DNA of 64,000 nucleotides from NCBI GenBank assembly GCA_963706285.1, contig CAVPLU010000012.1, positions 1 through 64,000 of the forward strand. Reading direction: 5' to 3'. This stretch comes from Candidatus Bathyarchaeota archaeon (GTDB lineage: Archaea; Thermoproteota; Bathyarchaeia; 40CM-2-53-6). Numbering within the stretch: position 1 is the stretch's first letter; each line of letters starts with the position of its first letter. Positions 8,861 through 19,065 of this stretch are shown piece by piece. The notes beneath the pieces are model-generated. The model saw only the letters and a program-made list of their open reading frames with translations, ran no database searches and was not told where the DNA came from. Position numbers and translations under genes: made by a program.

Positions 8861-11800
8861 TCATGCCGCTGTGCGTTGGATCGTTAGCATCTCTTGCGCT
8901 TTCCTTGTTTCATTCAGAGCCCGACGATAGTCGCGCGGCATCACCTTGACGAAAAAGGGCACCGTCTCGTTCCAGCGATCCAGTACTTTTCTCCCAACAG
9001 CGCTGCAGGTATAGCGTACGTGTTTTTCGACAAGCTCACGGACCGTTGTCAAGTCCTCGGGATCTGTGAGGGGTTCCAAATCTACCATGTCTCGATTGCA
9101 GTGGTTCTCGAAGCTTCCATCTTCGTCCAAAACGTATGCGATTCCACCGCTCATGCCTGCTGCAAAGTTGCGACCGGTTCGCCCAAGGATGACAGCCCGC
9201 CCGCCGGTCATGTATTCGCAACCGTGATCTCCTAAACCTTCGACCACGACCCGCGCCCCACTATTGCGCACGCAGAAGCGCTCGCCGGCTATGCCCCGGA
9301 AGAATCCCTCTCCGTCCGTAGCACCGTAGAGGGCTACATTGCCTATGAGCATGTTCTCCTCGGGAACGTAGGTGGAGTCCGCTGGGGGAATCACAATAAT
9401 GCGACCACCGGATAGCCCCTTGCCAAGATAGTCATTAGCGTCTCCCTCCAACACGAGCGTCACTCCCTTCACGGCAAACGCGCCGAAGCTCTGCCCCGCC
9501 GAGCCGTGGAACCTAAGCTGAACAGTGTTCTCTTCAAGGGCATGTGACCCATGCACGCGCGTGATTTCGCTGGAGAGGATGGTTCCCACTGCACGATTGT
9601 GGTTGCGAATCGCGAGGGTTGCTTTCACTGGCTCTTTGTATTCCAGCGTTGGTCTGCAAATCTCAAGGAGATGCTCGTCGAGACATCCCGCCAGCCCATG
9701 ATCTTGTTCCTGGACGTGGCGGACGGCGATGTTTGAGGGTATATCGGGGACGCGAAGGATTGCCGAGAAGTCGAGTCCCTTGGCCTTCCAGTGGTCAACG
9801 GCCTTCCGCACGTCGAGCCTGTCAACGCGGCCAACCATCTCGTCGACAGTGCGGAAACCAAGTAGGCTCATGTACTCCCGTATCTCCTCGACGAGGAACA
9901 TGAAGAGATTGATCACATGCTCCGGTTTGCCGGAGAACAGTTTGCGCAGTTCGGGGTCCTGAGTGGCGATGCCTACAGGGCAAGTGTCAAGGTGGCAAAC
10001 TCTCATCATGATACACCCCAGGGCAACGAGGGCGGCTGTGGCGACTCCCCACTCCTCGGCGCCAAGCAGCGAGGCGACGATCACATCCCGCCCGGTCATG
10101 ATCTTACCATCGGTCTGGAGGATGATTCGCCCCCGCAAATCGTTCATAACTAGAACTTGCTGCGTCTCAGCTAGGCCCAGCTCCCAAGGGATTCCCGAGT
10201 GGTGAATACTGCTGATGGGCGAAGCCCCAGTGCCGCCATCATGTCCGGAAATCAGGATAACATCCGATTTGGCCTTCGATACCCCGGCCGCAACGATTCC
10301 CACGCCCACCTCTGCTACAAGCTTGACAGAGATCAGAGCACGAGTGTTGGCGTTCTTCAGGTCATAGATCAACTGGGCCAAGTCTTCAATAGAGTAGATG
10401 TCGTGGTGGGGCGGCGGTGATATGAGCCCAACAAACGGGGTTGAGTGGCGGACCTTGGCGATCCATGGGTAGACTTTGTGAGCGGGAAGCTGGCCACCCT
10501 CGCCGGGCTTAGCTCCCTGGGCCATCTTGATCTGGAGTTCATCCGCACTCACCAAGTACTCGCTGGTGACGCCGAAACGAGCTGAGGCAACCTGTTTGAT
10601 GGCGCTGCGCTTCGAGTCCCCGTTTGGTAGCGGCTTGTATCTCTCAGGGTCCTCGCCCCCCTCGCCAGTGTTGCTCTTGGCACCAAGGCGGTTCATAGCG
10701 ATGGCGAGTGTCTCATGGGCTTCCTTGCTGATGGATCCGAAGGACATCGCACCAGTGGCGAAGCGCTTGATGATTTCCCTTGCTGGCTCCACTTCCTCTA
10801 GAGGGATAGGTTTCTCAGCGATCTTCAACTCGAAGAGCCCGCGCAACGTGCACAAGTGCCGGCTGTTCTCGTCTGCGATCCGGGTGTATTCCTTGAAGAG
10901 TTTATAGTTCCCGCTCCGGACCGCGTGCTGAAGTTTTGCGATTGCGTCAGGGTTCCAGAGATGATATTCCCCGTCCTTCCTCCATTGGTGTTTGCCTCCG
11001 CTGGGAAGCACCGACCTAGCCAAAGGGCGGTCGGGATATGCGGCCCGGTGTCGCTGGAGCGTCTCACAAGCGATGACATCGAGAGAGACGCCGTTGATGC
11101 GAGAGACTGTCCAAGTAAAGTATCGGTCAATAACCTCCTTTGCAATTCCAATAGCCTCGAAAATTTGTGCACCACGATAGCTCTGAATGGTCGAAATCCC
11201 CATCTTAGCAATTACCTTGAGGATTCCCTTGCTTGTTGCTTTGATGAACCGCTTCTCCACCTCGGGGCAGTCCATCCCCGGCGGAAGCACCTTCATCTCA
11301 GCCAGCATCCGGTAAGTGTCAAGGGCGACGTAGGGGTTGATCGCTCCAGCCCCGTAGCTAATGAGTAGGCAGAAGTGATGGATCTCTCGGGCCTCGCCAG
11401 TCTCGACGATGAGCCCAACGCCTGTTCTGGTTCCCTCGCGGATGAGGTGGTGATGGATACCGGCAGTTGCCAAAAGTGCGGGTATAGGCGCGTTCTTTTC
11501 GTCTACTCCACGGTCCGACAGGATCAGGATATTGGCGCCTTGAGCGATGGCTTCGGTTGCACTTTTGCAGAGTTGCTCCATGGCGGCCTCTAGGGCCCGC
11601 TCTCCCTTGGTCACCGGGAAGAGCATTGGGAGCGTGACTGATTTGAATCCCGGCTGTCCCATGAACCGGAGTTTCTCTAATTGTTCGTTGGTGATGATGG
11701 GTTGCTTGAGCTTGATCTGTCGGCAGCTGCTGGGCTCGGGGTTCAGCAGATTCCTCTCCGGTCCGATGGTGACTCCCGTTTGCATTACTAGGTACTCACG

Positions 11801-13402
11801 GGTCGAGTCGATGGGCGGGTTGGTCACTTGGGCGAAGAGTTGTTTGAAGTAATCGTAGAGCAGTCGTGGCCGGTCAGAAAGACAGGCTAGGGACGAGTCG
11901 ACTCCCATGGAGCCGATCGGTTCCTCTCCGTCGACGCCCATAGGTACCATCAGGAGTCGAATATCCTCCTCAGTGTAACCGAAGGCTTGGTGCAGTTGTA
12001 GCAAGCCTTCTGGGTTTTCAGTGTGGACTTCGCGGCCTGGCGGTAAGTCATCAATGTCGATAGTGTGCATGTCTATCCACTTTCCGTACGGGTGTTTCGT
12101 AGCGATGAGCTGCTTGAGTTCTCCATCTTCGATGATACGTTTCTGTTCAGTATCGATTAGGAGCATCTTGCCGGGCTGCAACCCTCGTTTGGCGGCAACC
12201 CGTTCAGGGGGTATGTCAAGCACTCCAAATTCGGAAGACAGAACAACGAGGTCATCCTTCGTGATGATGTAGCGGGCAGGTCGCAGGCCATTGCGGTCCA
12301 AGACCGCTCCCACGCGGACGCCGTCGCTGAAAACGACGAAAGCAGGGCCATCCCAAGGTTCCATAAGAGATGCATGGTACTCGTAGAAGGCTCGCTTCTC
12401 AACATTCATTCCATTATGATTGTACCAAGGCTCGGGAATTAGCATCATGACGGCGTGGGCTAGTGGGCGACCCGCCATTACCAAGAACTCCACCGCGTTG
12501 TCGAGAGTCGCGGTGTCGCTGCCGTTCGGCGTTAGAATGGGAAACAGTTTCTTCAGGTCATCTCCGAAGAGGGCGGATTTCATTATCGACTGGCGTGCGT
12601 TCATCCAGTTTATGTTGCCCCGCAATGTGTTGATCTCGCCATTGTGTGCAATGTATCGAAACGGGTGTGCCAGATTCCAGCAAGGGAAAGTATTGGTACT
12701 GAAGCGCTGATGGGAGATGGCCAAGGAGCTTTCCATATCTGGGTCGTTCAGGTCTGGATAGAAAGCATCCATCTGATGGGATATCAGCATCCCTTTGTAC
12801 ACCACCGTTCGCCCCGAGCAACTGAGAACGTAGAAATGATTCTTCTGGGCAAGTTCGCTTTCCCGGACAGCATTCTCCACGCGCTTTCGTATCACGTAGA
12901 GTTTTCGTTCGAAGGTGTCGTGATCCACAACATACTGGCGGCCGATGAACAGCTGCCGGATTACTGGCTGAGCGGATCGGGCCACATAGCCGAGGGGAGT
13001 CTTATCTGTAGGGACGTTTCGCCATCCCAAGACATTTTGGCCCTCTTCTCGAACAATGTGCTCCATTAGGACCTCACAATATTTCCGCTGGCCATCGTCA
13101 ACGGGTAGAAAGACCATTGCGACGCCATATTCTCCCAACTCGGGCAACGGAATTCCAATGCTGGCGCATTCCCGGGCGAAGAATTTGTGAGGAGTCTGGA
13201 GCAGGATGCCCGCACCGTCGCCCGAGTTCGGATCGCAGCCGCAAGCCCCGCGGTGGGCAAGGTTCTTGACTGCCGTAATAGCCTTGGTGACGATATCGTG
13301 AGATTTCCGACCGTGGATGTCGACAATTGCCACGACACCACAGGCAGCTCTTGCAATCGGAGGTTCGTAGTCGCATTCAATGAAACTATGATGCTCATCC
13401 AA
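8861..13402 (-). CDS. gltB: Glutamate synthase large subunit, full-length bacterial type
   Basis: ACGV N-terminal nucleophile, HQRFSTNT, HNGEIN, AMSFGS, QGAKPGEGGQL, 3Fe-4S CIMMRVCHLDTC, GXGXG C-terminal domain. Confidence 0.98.
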   Translation of the reverse strand: MDEHHSFIECDYEPPIARAACGVVAIVDIHGRKSHDIVTKAITAVKNLAHRGACGCDPNSGDGAGILLQTPHKFFARECASIGIPLPELGEYGVAMVFLPVDDGQRKYCEVLMEHIVREEGQNVLGWRNVPTDKTPLGYVARSAQPVIRQLFIGRQYVVDHDTFERKLYVIRKRVENAVRESELAQKNHFYVLSCSGRTVVYKGMLISHQMDAFYPDLNDPDMESSLAISHQRFSTNTFPCWNLAHPFRYIAHNGEINTLRGNINWMNARQSIMKSALFGDDLKKLFPILTPNGSDTATLDNAVEFLVMAGRPLAHAVMMLIPEPWYNHNGMNVEKRAFYEYHASLMEPWDGPAFVVFSDGVRVGAVLDRNGLRPARYIITKDDLVVLSSEFGVLDIPPERVAAKRGLQPGKMLLIDTEQKRIIEDGELKQLIATKHPYGKWIDMHTIDIDDLPPGREVHTENPEGLLQLHQAFGYTEEDIRLLMVPMGVDGEEPIGSMGVDSSLACLSDRPRLLYDYFKQLFAQVTNPPIDSTREYLVMQTGVTIGPERNLLNPEPSSCRQIKLKQPIITNEQLEKLRFMGQPGFKSVTLPMLFPVTKGERALEAAMEQLCKSATEAIAQGANILILSDRGVDEKNAPIPALLATAGIHHHLIREGTRTGVGLIVETGEAREIHHFCLLISYGAGAINPYVALDTYRMLAEMKVLPPGMDCPEVEKRFIKATSKGILKVIAKMGISTIQSYRGAQIFEAIGIAKEVIDRYFTWTVSRINGVSLDVIACETLQRHRAAYPDRPLARSVLPSGGKHQWRKDGEYHLWNPDAIAKLQHAVRSGNYKLFKEYTRIADENSRHLCTLRGLFELKIAEKPIPLEEVEPAREIIKRFATGAMSFGSISKEAHETLAIAMNRLGAKSNTGEGGEDPERYKPLPNGDSKRSAIKQVASARFGVTSEYLVSADELQIKMAQGAKPGEGGQLPAHKVYPWIAKVRHSTPFVGLISPPPHHDIYSIEDLAQLIYDLKNANTRALISVKLVAEVGVGIVAAGVSKAKSDVILISGHDGGTGASPISSIHHSGIPWELGLAETQQVLVMNDLRGRIILQTDGKIMTGRDVIVASLLGAEEWGVATAALVALGCIMMRVCHLDTCPVGIATQDPELRKLFSGKPEHVINLFMFLVEEIREYMSLLGFRTVDEMVGRVDRLDVRKAVDHWKAKGLDFSAILRVPDIPSNIAVRHVQEQDHGLAGCLDEHLLEICRPTLEYKEPVKATLAIRNHNRAVGTILSSEITRVHGSHALEENTVQLRFHGSAGQSFGAFAVKGVTLVLEGDANDYLGKGLSGGRIIVIPPADSTYVPEENMLIGNVALYGATDGEGFFRGIAGERFCVRNSGARVVVEGLGDHGCEYMTGGRAVILGRTGRNFAAGMSGGIAYVLDEDGSFENHCNRDMVDLEPLTDPEDLTTVRELVEKHVRYTCSAVGRKVLDRWNETVPFFVKVMPRDYRRALNETRKAQEMLTIQRTAA

Positions 13403-14020
13403 TTCTGTTGTTTGCCTCTTGAACCAAATCTAGAAGCTTCTTCAGGTTTCTCGTTCCAGAAGCTCTAAGGAACTCACGGTTTCCGTCGCCAAAGCGTAGG
13501 TGAACCGTTCTCCCGAGGGCGATTGTGTACGAATACAAACGATTTCACGTCGATTGCATCACTCGTGGTCATATCGTGATCTTAAGGCATGTCTACACTT
13601 TAGTGCGCACTTTCTGATCCATTATGCTGCATTGAGTGCCGCGATTTGCAAACTGCGCTCATTCTGCAGCCTGTCCTATGTCCGATTTGCCAGAGGACCA
13701 AATCACTCCTGATCTGTTCACTCGGTTTGAGAGGTGTGTCGGATGTCGGAGAGCAATCGACACAGTTCGCTTGGAGTCTGAATTGATCATGTTCACGATT
13801 TCTTCTGACTAGTCACGGCGGAAGCTCACACGATAGAATAGAGAAGATAGGGGTCAGAGGAGTGTCAAGCGCTTTAGCGTGGCCCGTCTCTGAAGGTCGT
13901 GACCTTGCCCTACTGTCCCAAATGTGGAAGATACGATCAGACCCAGACCAGACCTCCCTGGGCGAGGGTGGTGGAACCTTTGGATATTGCCAGGCAGAGA
14001 TTGCTCTACTGAATTGTGCG

Positions 14021-14383
14021 CTATGCTTCGTGTTTTCTCAAGAATTCCTGCAATTCCCTAAGACTGAGAAACACCATTTCGCGACGAGGCTCCGTTCTCT
14101 TTTCAAGCCAGACGTGGCGAGTCCTCATTCCTCTCAGCCCATTAAGTAGAGTATCGAGGGTTACAGAATCGACGTGTCCTTCGGTTCGAGATGCTTTCGC
14201 AGCTTCCAGCATCATTCGGCGATCCTCTGTCGTGCGGGCTGGACCTCTCGTTCTGAAATACGCAGGCTCGGACTCTGCGTCCTTAGCGATTCCAAAGATC
14301 GTTCCATCTTTGAGTTCCACTAACACTACATCGTACTGATGGATCTCGCTGACGATGTGAAGGATCTCAGCCTCCGAAATCAT
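14021..14383 (-). CDS. Hypothetical protein
   Basis: 120-aa ORF with globular-protein composition; no recognisable motif. Confidence 0.55.
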   Translation of the reverse strand: MISEAEILHIVSEIHQYDVVLVELKDGTIFGIAKDAESEPAYFRTRGPARTTEDRRMMLEAAKASRTEGHVDSVTLDTLLNGLRGMRTRHVWLEKRTEPRREMVFLSLRELQEFLRKHEA

Positions 14384-14558
14384 CGAGAACTCAAACCCGG
14401 GCGAGCAGAAGTATTCTCAATCTAGAGCTTAAGACTGTTGCCGATTTGTATCTAAGATACAGCTCGGATCGATCGCGAGCGCCGATTTTTCTTACAGAAA
14501 CATTGATTAAAGGAGGCCGGTGGCATAGGAGCCGCTGGCAGATGAGCAGGAGAAGCGA

Positions 14559-14948
14559 ATGCCAAAACCGTCTTACGTCAAGTTCGAGGTCTCAAAAGAG
14601 ACAATCGACAAAGCGTACCAAGTTGTGCAACTAGCAAAGGATTCGGGTAAGATACGGAAGGGAACAAACGAATCAACAAAAGCGATTGAGCGTGGGATCG
14701 CGAAACTTGTGCTCATAGCAGAAGATGTGGAACCACCTCAAGTTGTAGCTCACCTTCCGATCCTCTGCGAAGAGAGAAAGATACCCTACCTTTTCGTTCC
14801 AAGCAAACTAGACCTAGGCAGATCAGCTGGCATCGATGTAGGATGCGCAGCTGTCTCAGTGCTTGAGGCAGGAGAAGGTGCGAATACACTGAAGGATATT
14901 GCATCATCAGCTGAGAGCTCCAGGTCTGGCAGCGGGGCCAAAGCCTAG
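14559..14948 (+). CDS. rpl7ae: 50S ribosomal protein L7Ae
   Basis: [34 protein letters not shown]. Confidence 0.97.
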   Translation: MPKPSYVKFEVSKETIDKAYQVVQLAKDSGKIRKGTNESTKAIERGIAKLVLIAEDVEPPQVVAHLPILCEERKIPYLFVPSKLDLGRSAGIDVGCAAVSVLEAGEGANTLKDIASSAESSRSGSGAKA

Positions 14949-14950
14949 AA

Positions 14951-15175
14951 ATGTCCTCATCACGCGAGAAATCAAGAGAAGAATCCATTCCTGCCGAGGT
15001 AACGCAGGTAATTGGAAGAACAGGCGTCACAGGCGAAGTCATACAGGTACGCGTGAGGCTCATGGAAGGCAAAGACAAAGGTCGAATCATTACTAGGAAC
15101 ATAAAAGGCCCAATCAGAGTAGGCGACATTCTCACTCTTAGAGAGACTGAACGCGAAGCCAAGAAGATCAGGTAG
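14951..15175 (+). CDS. rps28e: 30S ribosomal protein S28e
   Basis: [35 protein letters not shown]. Confidence 0.97.
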   Translation: MSSSREKSREESIPAEVTQVIGRTGVTGEVIQVRVRLMEGKDKGRIITRNIKGPIRVGDILTLRETEREAKKIR

Positions 15176-15375
15176 TGCAGAGATTGCCGAGGACGAACAA
15201 GTGCTCCTTTTGCGGCAAGCCATTCCCATCAGCGACGGGAATGATGTTCATCAGAAACGATGGCACAATATTGAACTTCTGCTCAGCGAGATGCCGAAAA
15301 GGTCTTCTCATCTACAAGCGAGACCCGCGGAAGCTGAAATGGACAACGTACTACGGCAAGAAGGAACGCGGCTAA
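15175..15375 (+). CDS. rpl24e: 50S ribosomal protein L24e
   Basis: CSFCG...G.MF..NDG...FCS..C, RDPRKLKWT. Confidence 0.96.
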   Translation: MQRLPRTNKCSFCGKPFPSATGMMFIRNDGTILNFCSARCRKGLLIYKRDPRKLKWTTYYGKKERG

Positions 15376-15456
15376 GCAAACACTCAATCGTCACTGCCAC
15401 GGCCAGACGTTTCTTTCAGTGAAGATCTCTAGAGTAACGTTCTGTGAACGCGAATT

Positions 15457-15720
15457 CTAGCCATAACGGTATGAGATGCCGGCTCCGCCTTTCGGATTGA
15501 CCCACTCCACAAATGGACATGCTATACGGCACGTGCCGCATTCGACACAGTTCTCATAGGCAATGAAAACCTTCGGCTCAATGTATGAGTAGACGTTCGC
15601 AGGGCACACGTCGAGGCACATCTTTTCCGTGCATCTCGCGCATGCCTTCTCGTCCACGTGAATGTGCGATTCCTCGTCCACAACGTGCCTTAGCAGATAG
15701 AGCTTCTCTTCGAGCCTCAT
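15457..15720 (-). CDS. fixX: FixX-type ferredoxin
   Basis: HI.V..C..C..K.C...CPA.VY and CVECGTCRIAC, P.GG.G..Y.YG. Confidence 0.92.
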   Translation of the reverse strand: MRLEEKLYLLRHVVDEESHIHVDEKACARCTEKMCLDVCPANVYSYIEPKVFIAYENCVECGTCRIACPFVEWVNPKGGAGISYRYG

Positions 15721-17012
15721 ATCATTCTCCTCCCAAACGCATAGGCATCCCTTAGGATTCTCGTGAATCCCCGTTTTGATGTGACAATGTGCCTAATTCT
15801 CTTGATTTTCTCACTTCTTGTGGAACCGTCAACTCGGAACCATTCCTCTAGCGCGGAGTTCAAGGCCTCCGGATATGCGGTCATAATTTCGAGATTCTTC
15901 TCAATGTACCGGAGTAGGCCCGATTGTTTCTTCATGTCTCTAAGCGCGAACGAGTCTAGAAGTAGCTTTTGATATTCCGAGAGCGCGTTTGATGTGTAGT
16001 CATGGACGCCGTATGCTCGAGTGGCGACTTCTCCTGCTAATCGTCCTGATAGGATCGCCAAGTCTGCTCCCTCTCCGGTAACCGGATTTGCCAGCATCGC
16101 GGAATCGCCAACGACAAGCGCACCATCAGTAAACAACGTAGGCATGCCGGCAAACCCTGATTCAGGTATCATATGCGCTTGGTATTCCTTTACCTGACCG
16201 TCGCGCAAGAAATGTCCCACCGACGGGTCTGCTTTGAATAGCTCCATCAAATCATAGGGCTTGATGTTTTCTTCGACCATTGTTGAGATGAGTGCGCCGA
16301 ACCCGACGGAAATTGACTCTTTGTTAGGGTAAACGAAACCGAATCCCACAAGCCCTCCAAACAGTGCTCCTATGTAATGTATCGCTGTGCCCTCGCCTTC
16401 TTGAAGTCCAAACCTTTCTTGTATCCGATCGGACGGTAGGGAAACAATCTCCTTAACAGCTATCGCCATTCCATTAGGGGAGGGTTTCTTGATCAATCCT
16501 GCTTTCTCGCAGAGCATTGTGTTCGCTCCTTCCGCCACTATCGTCACGTCACCCCGGAGATCTCCACGATCGGTCCGCACTCCAACTATCTTACCGTCTT
16601 CTTGGAGAAGCTCGGTGACGTTTGTCTTTGTGATCAGAGTAGCGCCCAAGTCCTGTGCTTTTCTTGAGTACCATTTGTCAAACTTTGATCTTAGGATCGT
16701 GTATCCATTTGGCATATCGGATTGCGTTGCGTTTCTGTGAGTGATTAGAGTGTGATCATTCTTTCCCATGAGGCAGTAGGAGTGTTGGACGATTTTGCGC
16801 TCAAGAGGGGCTTCCTTCCAGAATCCCGGTATTAGGTCGTTCAGGGTTTTGGTGTAGAGTACGCCGCCTATCACGTTCTTGCTGCCTGGGTATTCTCCTC
16901 TCTCGATGACCGCCACGTTCATCTTTCCTCTGGCCATAACATAGGCAGCAGTGACACCTGCTGGTCCAGCTCCCACCACTACAGCATCAAATTTCTCGGT
17001 CAACTCGACCAA
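15717..17012 (-). CDS. fixC: FixC ETF:quinone oxidoreductase
   Basis: GAGPAG, ERG.YPGSKN..GG, R.KFD.W, AVKE, AHMIPE.G, VGDSA; adjacent to fixX and ETF. Confidence 0.93.
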   Translation of the reverse strand: MVELTEKFDAVVVGAGPAGVTAAYVMARGKMNVAVIERGEYPGSKNVIGGVLYTKTLNDLIPGFWKEAPLERKIVQHSYCLMGKNDHTLITHRNATQSDMPNGYTILRSKFDKWYSRKAQDLGATLITKTNVTELLQEDGKIVGVRTDRGDLRGDVTIVAEGANTMLCEKAGLIKKPSPNGMAIAVKEIVSLPSDRIQERFGLQEGEGTAIHYIGALFGGLVGFGFVYPNKESISVGFGALISTMVEENIKPYDLMELFKADPSVGHFLRDGQVKEYQAHMIPESGFAGMPTLFTDGALVVGDSAMLANPVTGEGADLAILSGRLAGEVATRAYGVHDYTSNALSEYQKLLLDSFALRDMKKQSGLLRYIEKNLEIMTAYPEALNSALEEWFRVDGSTRSEKIKRIRHIVTSKRGFTRILRDAYAFGRRMI

Positions 17013-17027
17013 CCTTCTTTCCTGAGT

Positions 17028-18887
17028 CTATTGTTTCATTTCGTGGATTAGGAGGGGCAATACTGCGACCGCGTCACCGATCACGCCGTAGTTGCAAGAA
17101 TTGAACATGGGCGCCTCGGGATCAATGTTCAATGCAATTACAGTCTCGGCGCCCTCTATTCCAACCAAATGTTGAATGCTGCCCGAGATCCCGACCGCAA
17201 CATACAACTTCGGCCTGACTGTCTTTCCTGTTTGGCCGACTTGGCTTTCCTTGTCCGCGAGACCCGATTCGACCGCTCGTCGGGAAGCACCAACCGCCCC
17301 TCCCAACGCGCTAGCGAGATCATTCACAAGTTGAAAGTTTTTCGAGGAACCAAGACCGCGCCCCCCTGAAACCACAATATCTGATTCCTGCAACATGCTG
17401 CGCCTTTCGATCCAGTCAAAACTGAGTATCTTCGTAGGTATCTCGTCTTCTCTGAAGTTCATCCTGACTCTCTCGATCTCTGCTTTGGCGTCAATCCTTG
17501 GCGGCTTCGGGAAGACGCCGGGCCTAACCGTACTCATCTGAGGGGTGTGTTTCGGCGTCATAATTGCGGCAAGTTGTCTCCCGCCCCACGTCGGCCTTAT
17601 CTGGAGCATCAAGCCTGTGTCTGGATCAATGTCAAGTGATGTGCAATCGGCCGTTAGCCCCGTACCAATATTTGTTGCCACCATGCCAGATAGGTCTCGT
17701 CCGTTACGAGTTGCTCCAATCAACAAGATCTGAGGCCGATGCGAGACCGCGACATCGCTCAAGGCACTCGCATATGGAGCGGTGCGGTAGTGTCTCAGAA
17801 GAGGATGATCGATCAGGTAGCTCTTGGAAGCGCCGTAGCAAGCGGCTTCACCTGCAATACCTTCCGCTTGATCTCCAATCACAACCGCCTCAAGCTTCAC
17901 GTTCAGTTTCTTTGCCAGCGTCGCCCCTGCACTGTGCAGCTCCCAGGAAACGTCTGCAACGCGCCCCTCGTTCTGCTCTACGTATACCCATACCGGGCCA
18001 CGATTCGGACTCTGGATTGGCTTGGCTGTGGATTCGATTCTGCTCTCGGAACTTGCGGAGGCAACGGTCGGTTTCCCACTAAATGCCCTGCTTGAAAGGA
18101 TCCTCTCCTTGAGCCAACGTGCTGCACCAGCCGGGTCTTTTCTACCATCAAATATTTCTCCTCTTCCTCTCGGTTTCGGAATAAACATCTTCTTCACAAT
18201 TGTCGGAGAACCCGAAAGTCCCAACTTCGTTGGATCAGCATCAATGGTATCTTTGTTCCAAAATTCAACTGTTGTCTTGCGTGCACGAAGAATCCCATCG
18301 ATAGTTGCACGTCGAGGTTTGTTCACTTCCTCGACCACAGAAATCGCGGCGGGCAGAGGCACTTTCACAGTTTCGACTATTTCGTCAGCCCTTCTTGAAG
18401 CGGACAAGGTCCTCTCCTGAATGTCGAGCTTGACGATACGAGTCGCGTAAGTTATGATCGGGATGTGTAGTCTAGCGGCTACTCCGGGTCCAACTTGGCC
18501 GGTCTCACCATCCAGAGCTTGCTTGCCAAAAAAGATTAGATCTGCTGGCCCCTCATCCTTCTCAAGCCTACGAATTGCAGTAGAGATCGTGTAGCTTGTT
18601 GCGTAGGTGTCAGCGCCCGCCATTGCTCTGTCCGTTAGAAGTATTGCGCGATCAGCTCCCATCGCCAAGAGTTCTCTTAGCGCTTCCTCAGCTTGAGGGG
18701 GCCCCATGGTTAAGACAGCAATCTTTGTGTTGTATTGATCTTTGAGCTTCAGGCATTCTTCCATTGCAATGACATCAGTGGGGTTGATGACCGATGGTAT
18801 TCCTTCTCTAACGAGAGTACCGGTTTCAGGATCCATCTTGACCTCCGCGGTATCCGGGACTTGCTTGATGCAGACAACCGTGAACAA
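17028..18887 (-). CDS. Fused electron-transfer flavoprotein beta-alpha (FixA-FixB)
   Basis: N-half VCIKQVPD, NPTD, GADTYATS, KQALDGETGQVGP, GSPT; C-half GLTADCT, RPTWGG, SGGRG, QVGQTGKTVRP, GISG.IQH; TTG start 18887 inferred. Confidence 0.93.
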   Translation of the reverse strand: MFTVVCIKQVPDTAEVKMDPETGTLVREGIPSVINPTDVIAMEECLKLKDQYNTKIAVLTMGPPQAEEALRELLAMGADRAILLTDRAMAGADTYATSYTISTAIRRLEKDEGPADLIFFGKQALDGETGQVGPGVAARLHIPIITYATRIVKLDIQERTLSASRRADEIVETVKVPLPAAISVVEEVNKPRRATIDGILRARKTTVEFWNKDTIDADPTKLGLSGSPTIVKKMFIPKPRGRGEIFDGRKDPAGAARWLKERILSSRAFSGKPTVASASSESRIESTAKPIQSPNRGPVWVYVEQNEGRVADVSWELHSAGATLAKKLNVKLEAVVIGDQAEGIAGEAACYGASKSYLIDHPLLRHYRTAPYASALSDVAVSHRPQILLIGATRNGRDLSGMVATNIGTGLTADCTSLDIDPDTGLMLQIRPTWGGRQLAAIMTPKHTPQMSTVRPGVFPKPPRIDAKAEIERVRMNFREDEIPTKILSFDWIERRSMLQESDIVVSGGRGLGSSKNFQLVNDLASALGGAVGASRRAVESGLADKESQVGQTGKTVRPKLYVAVGISGSIQHLVGIEGAETVIALNIDPEAPMFNSCNYGVIGDAVAVLPLLIHEMKQ

Positions 18888-19065
18888 TGGGCAACGCTTC
18901 GCGCAGGTATGAGATTCTGTCGTATTTATCGAGTTCTGCAAACTAATTACTATCTCGCCATGGAATGAAGAAACAAACGCATGGTCCGATAGATTCTACG
19001 CAGCAAAGATCACTTCGATCTCCATCAGAGGCTGGGCAGCTGCAGAAGCACGGTACGTGTCTTTC

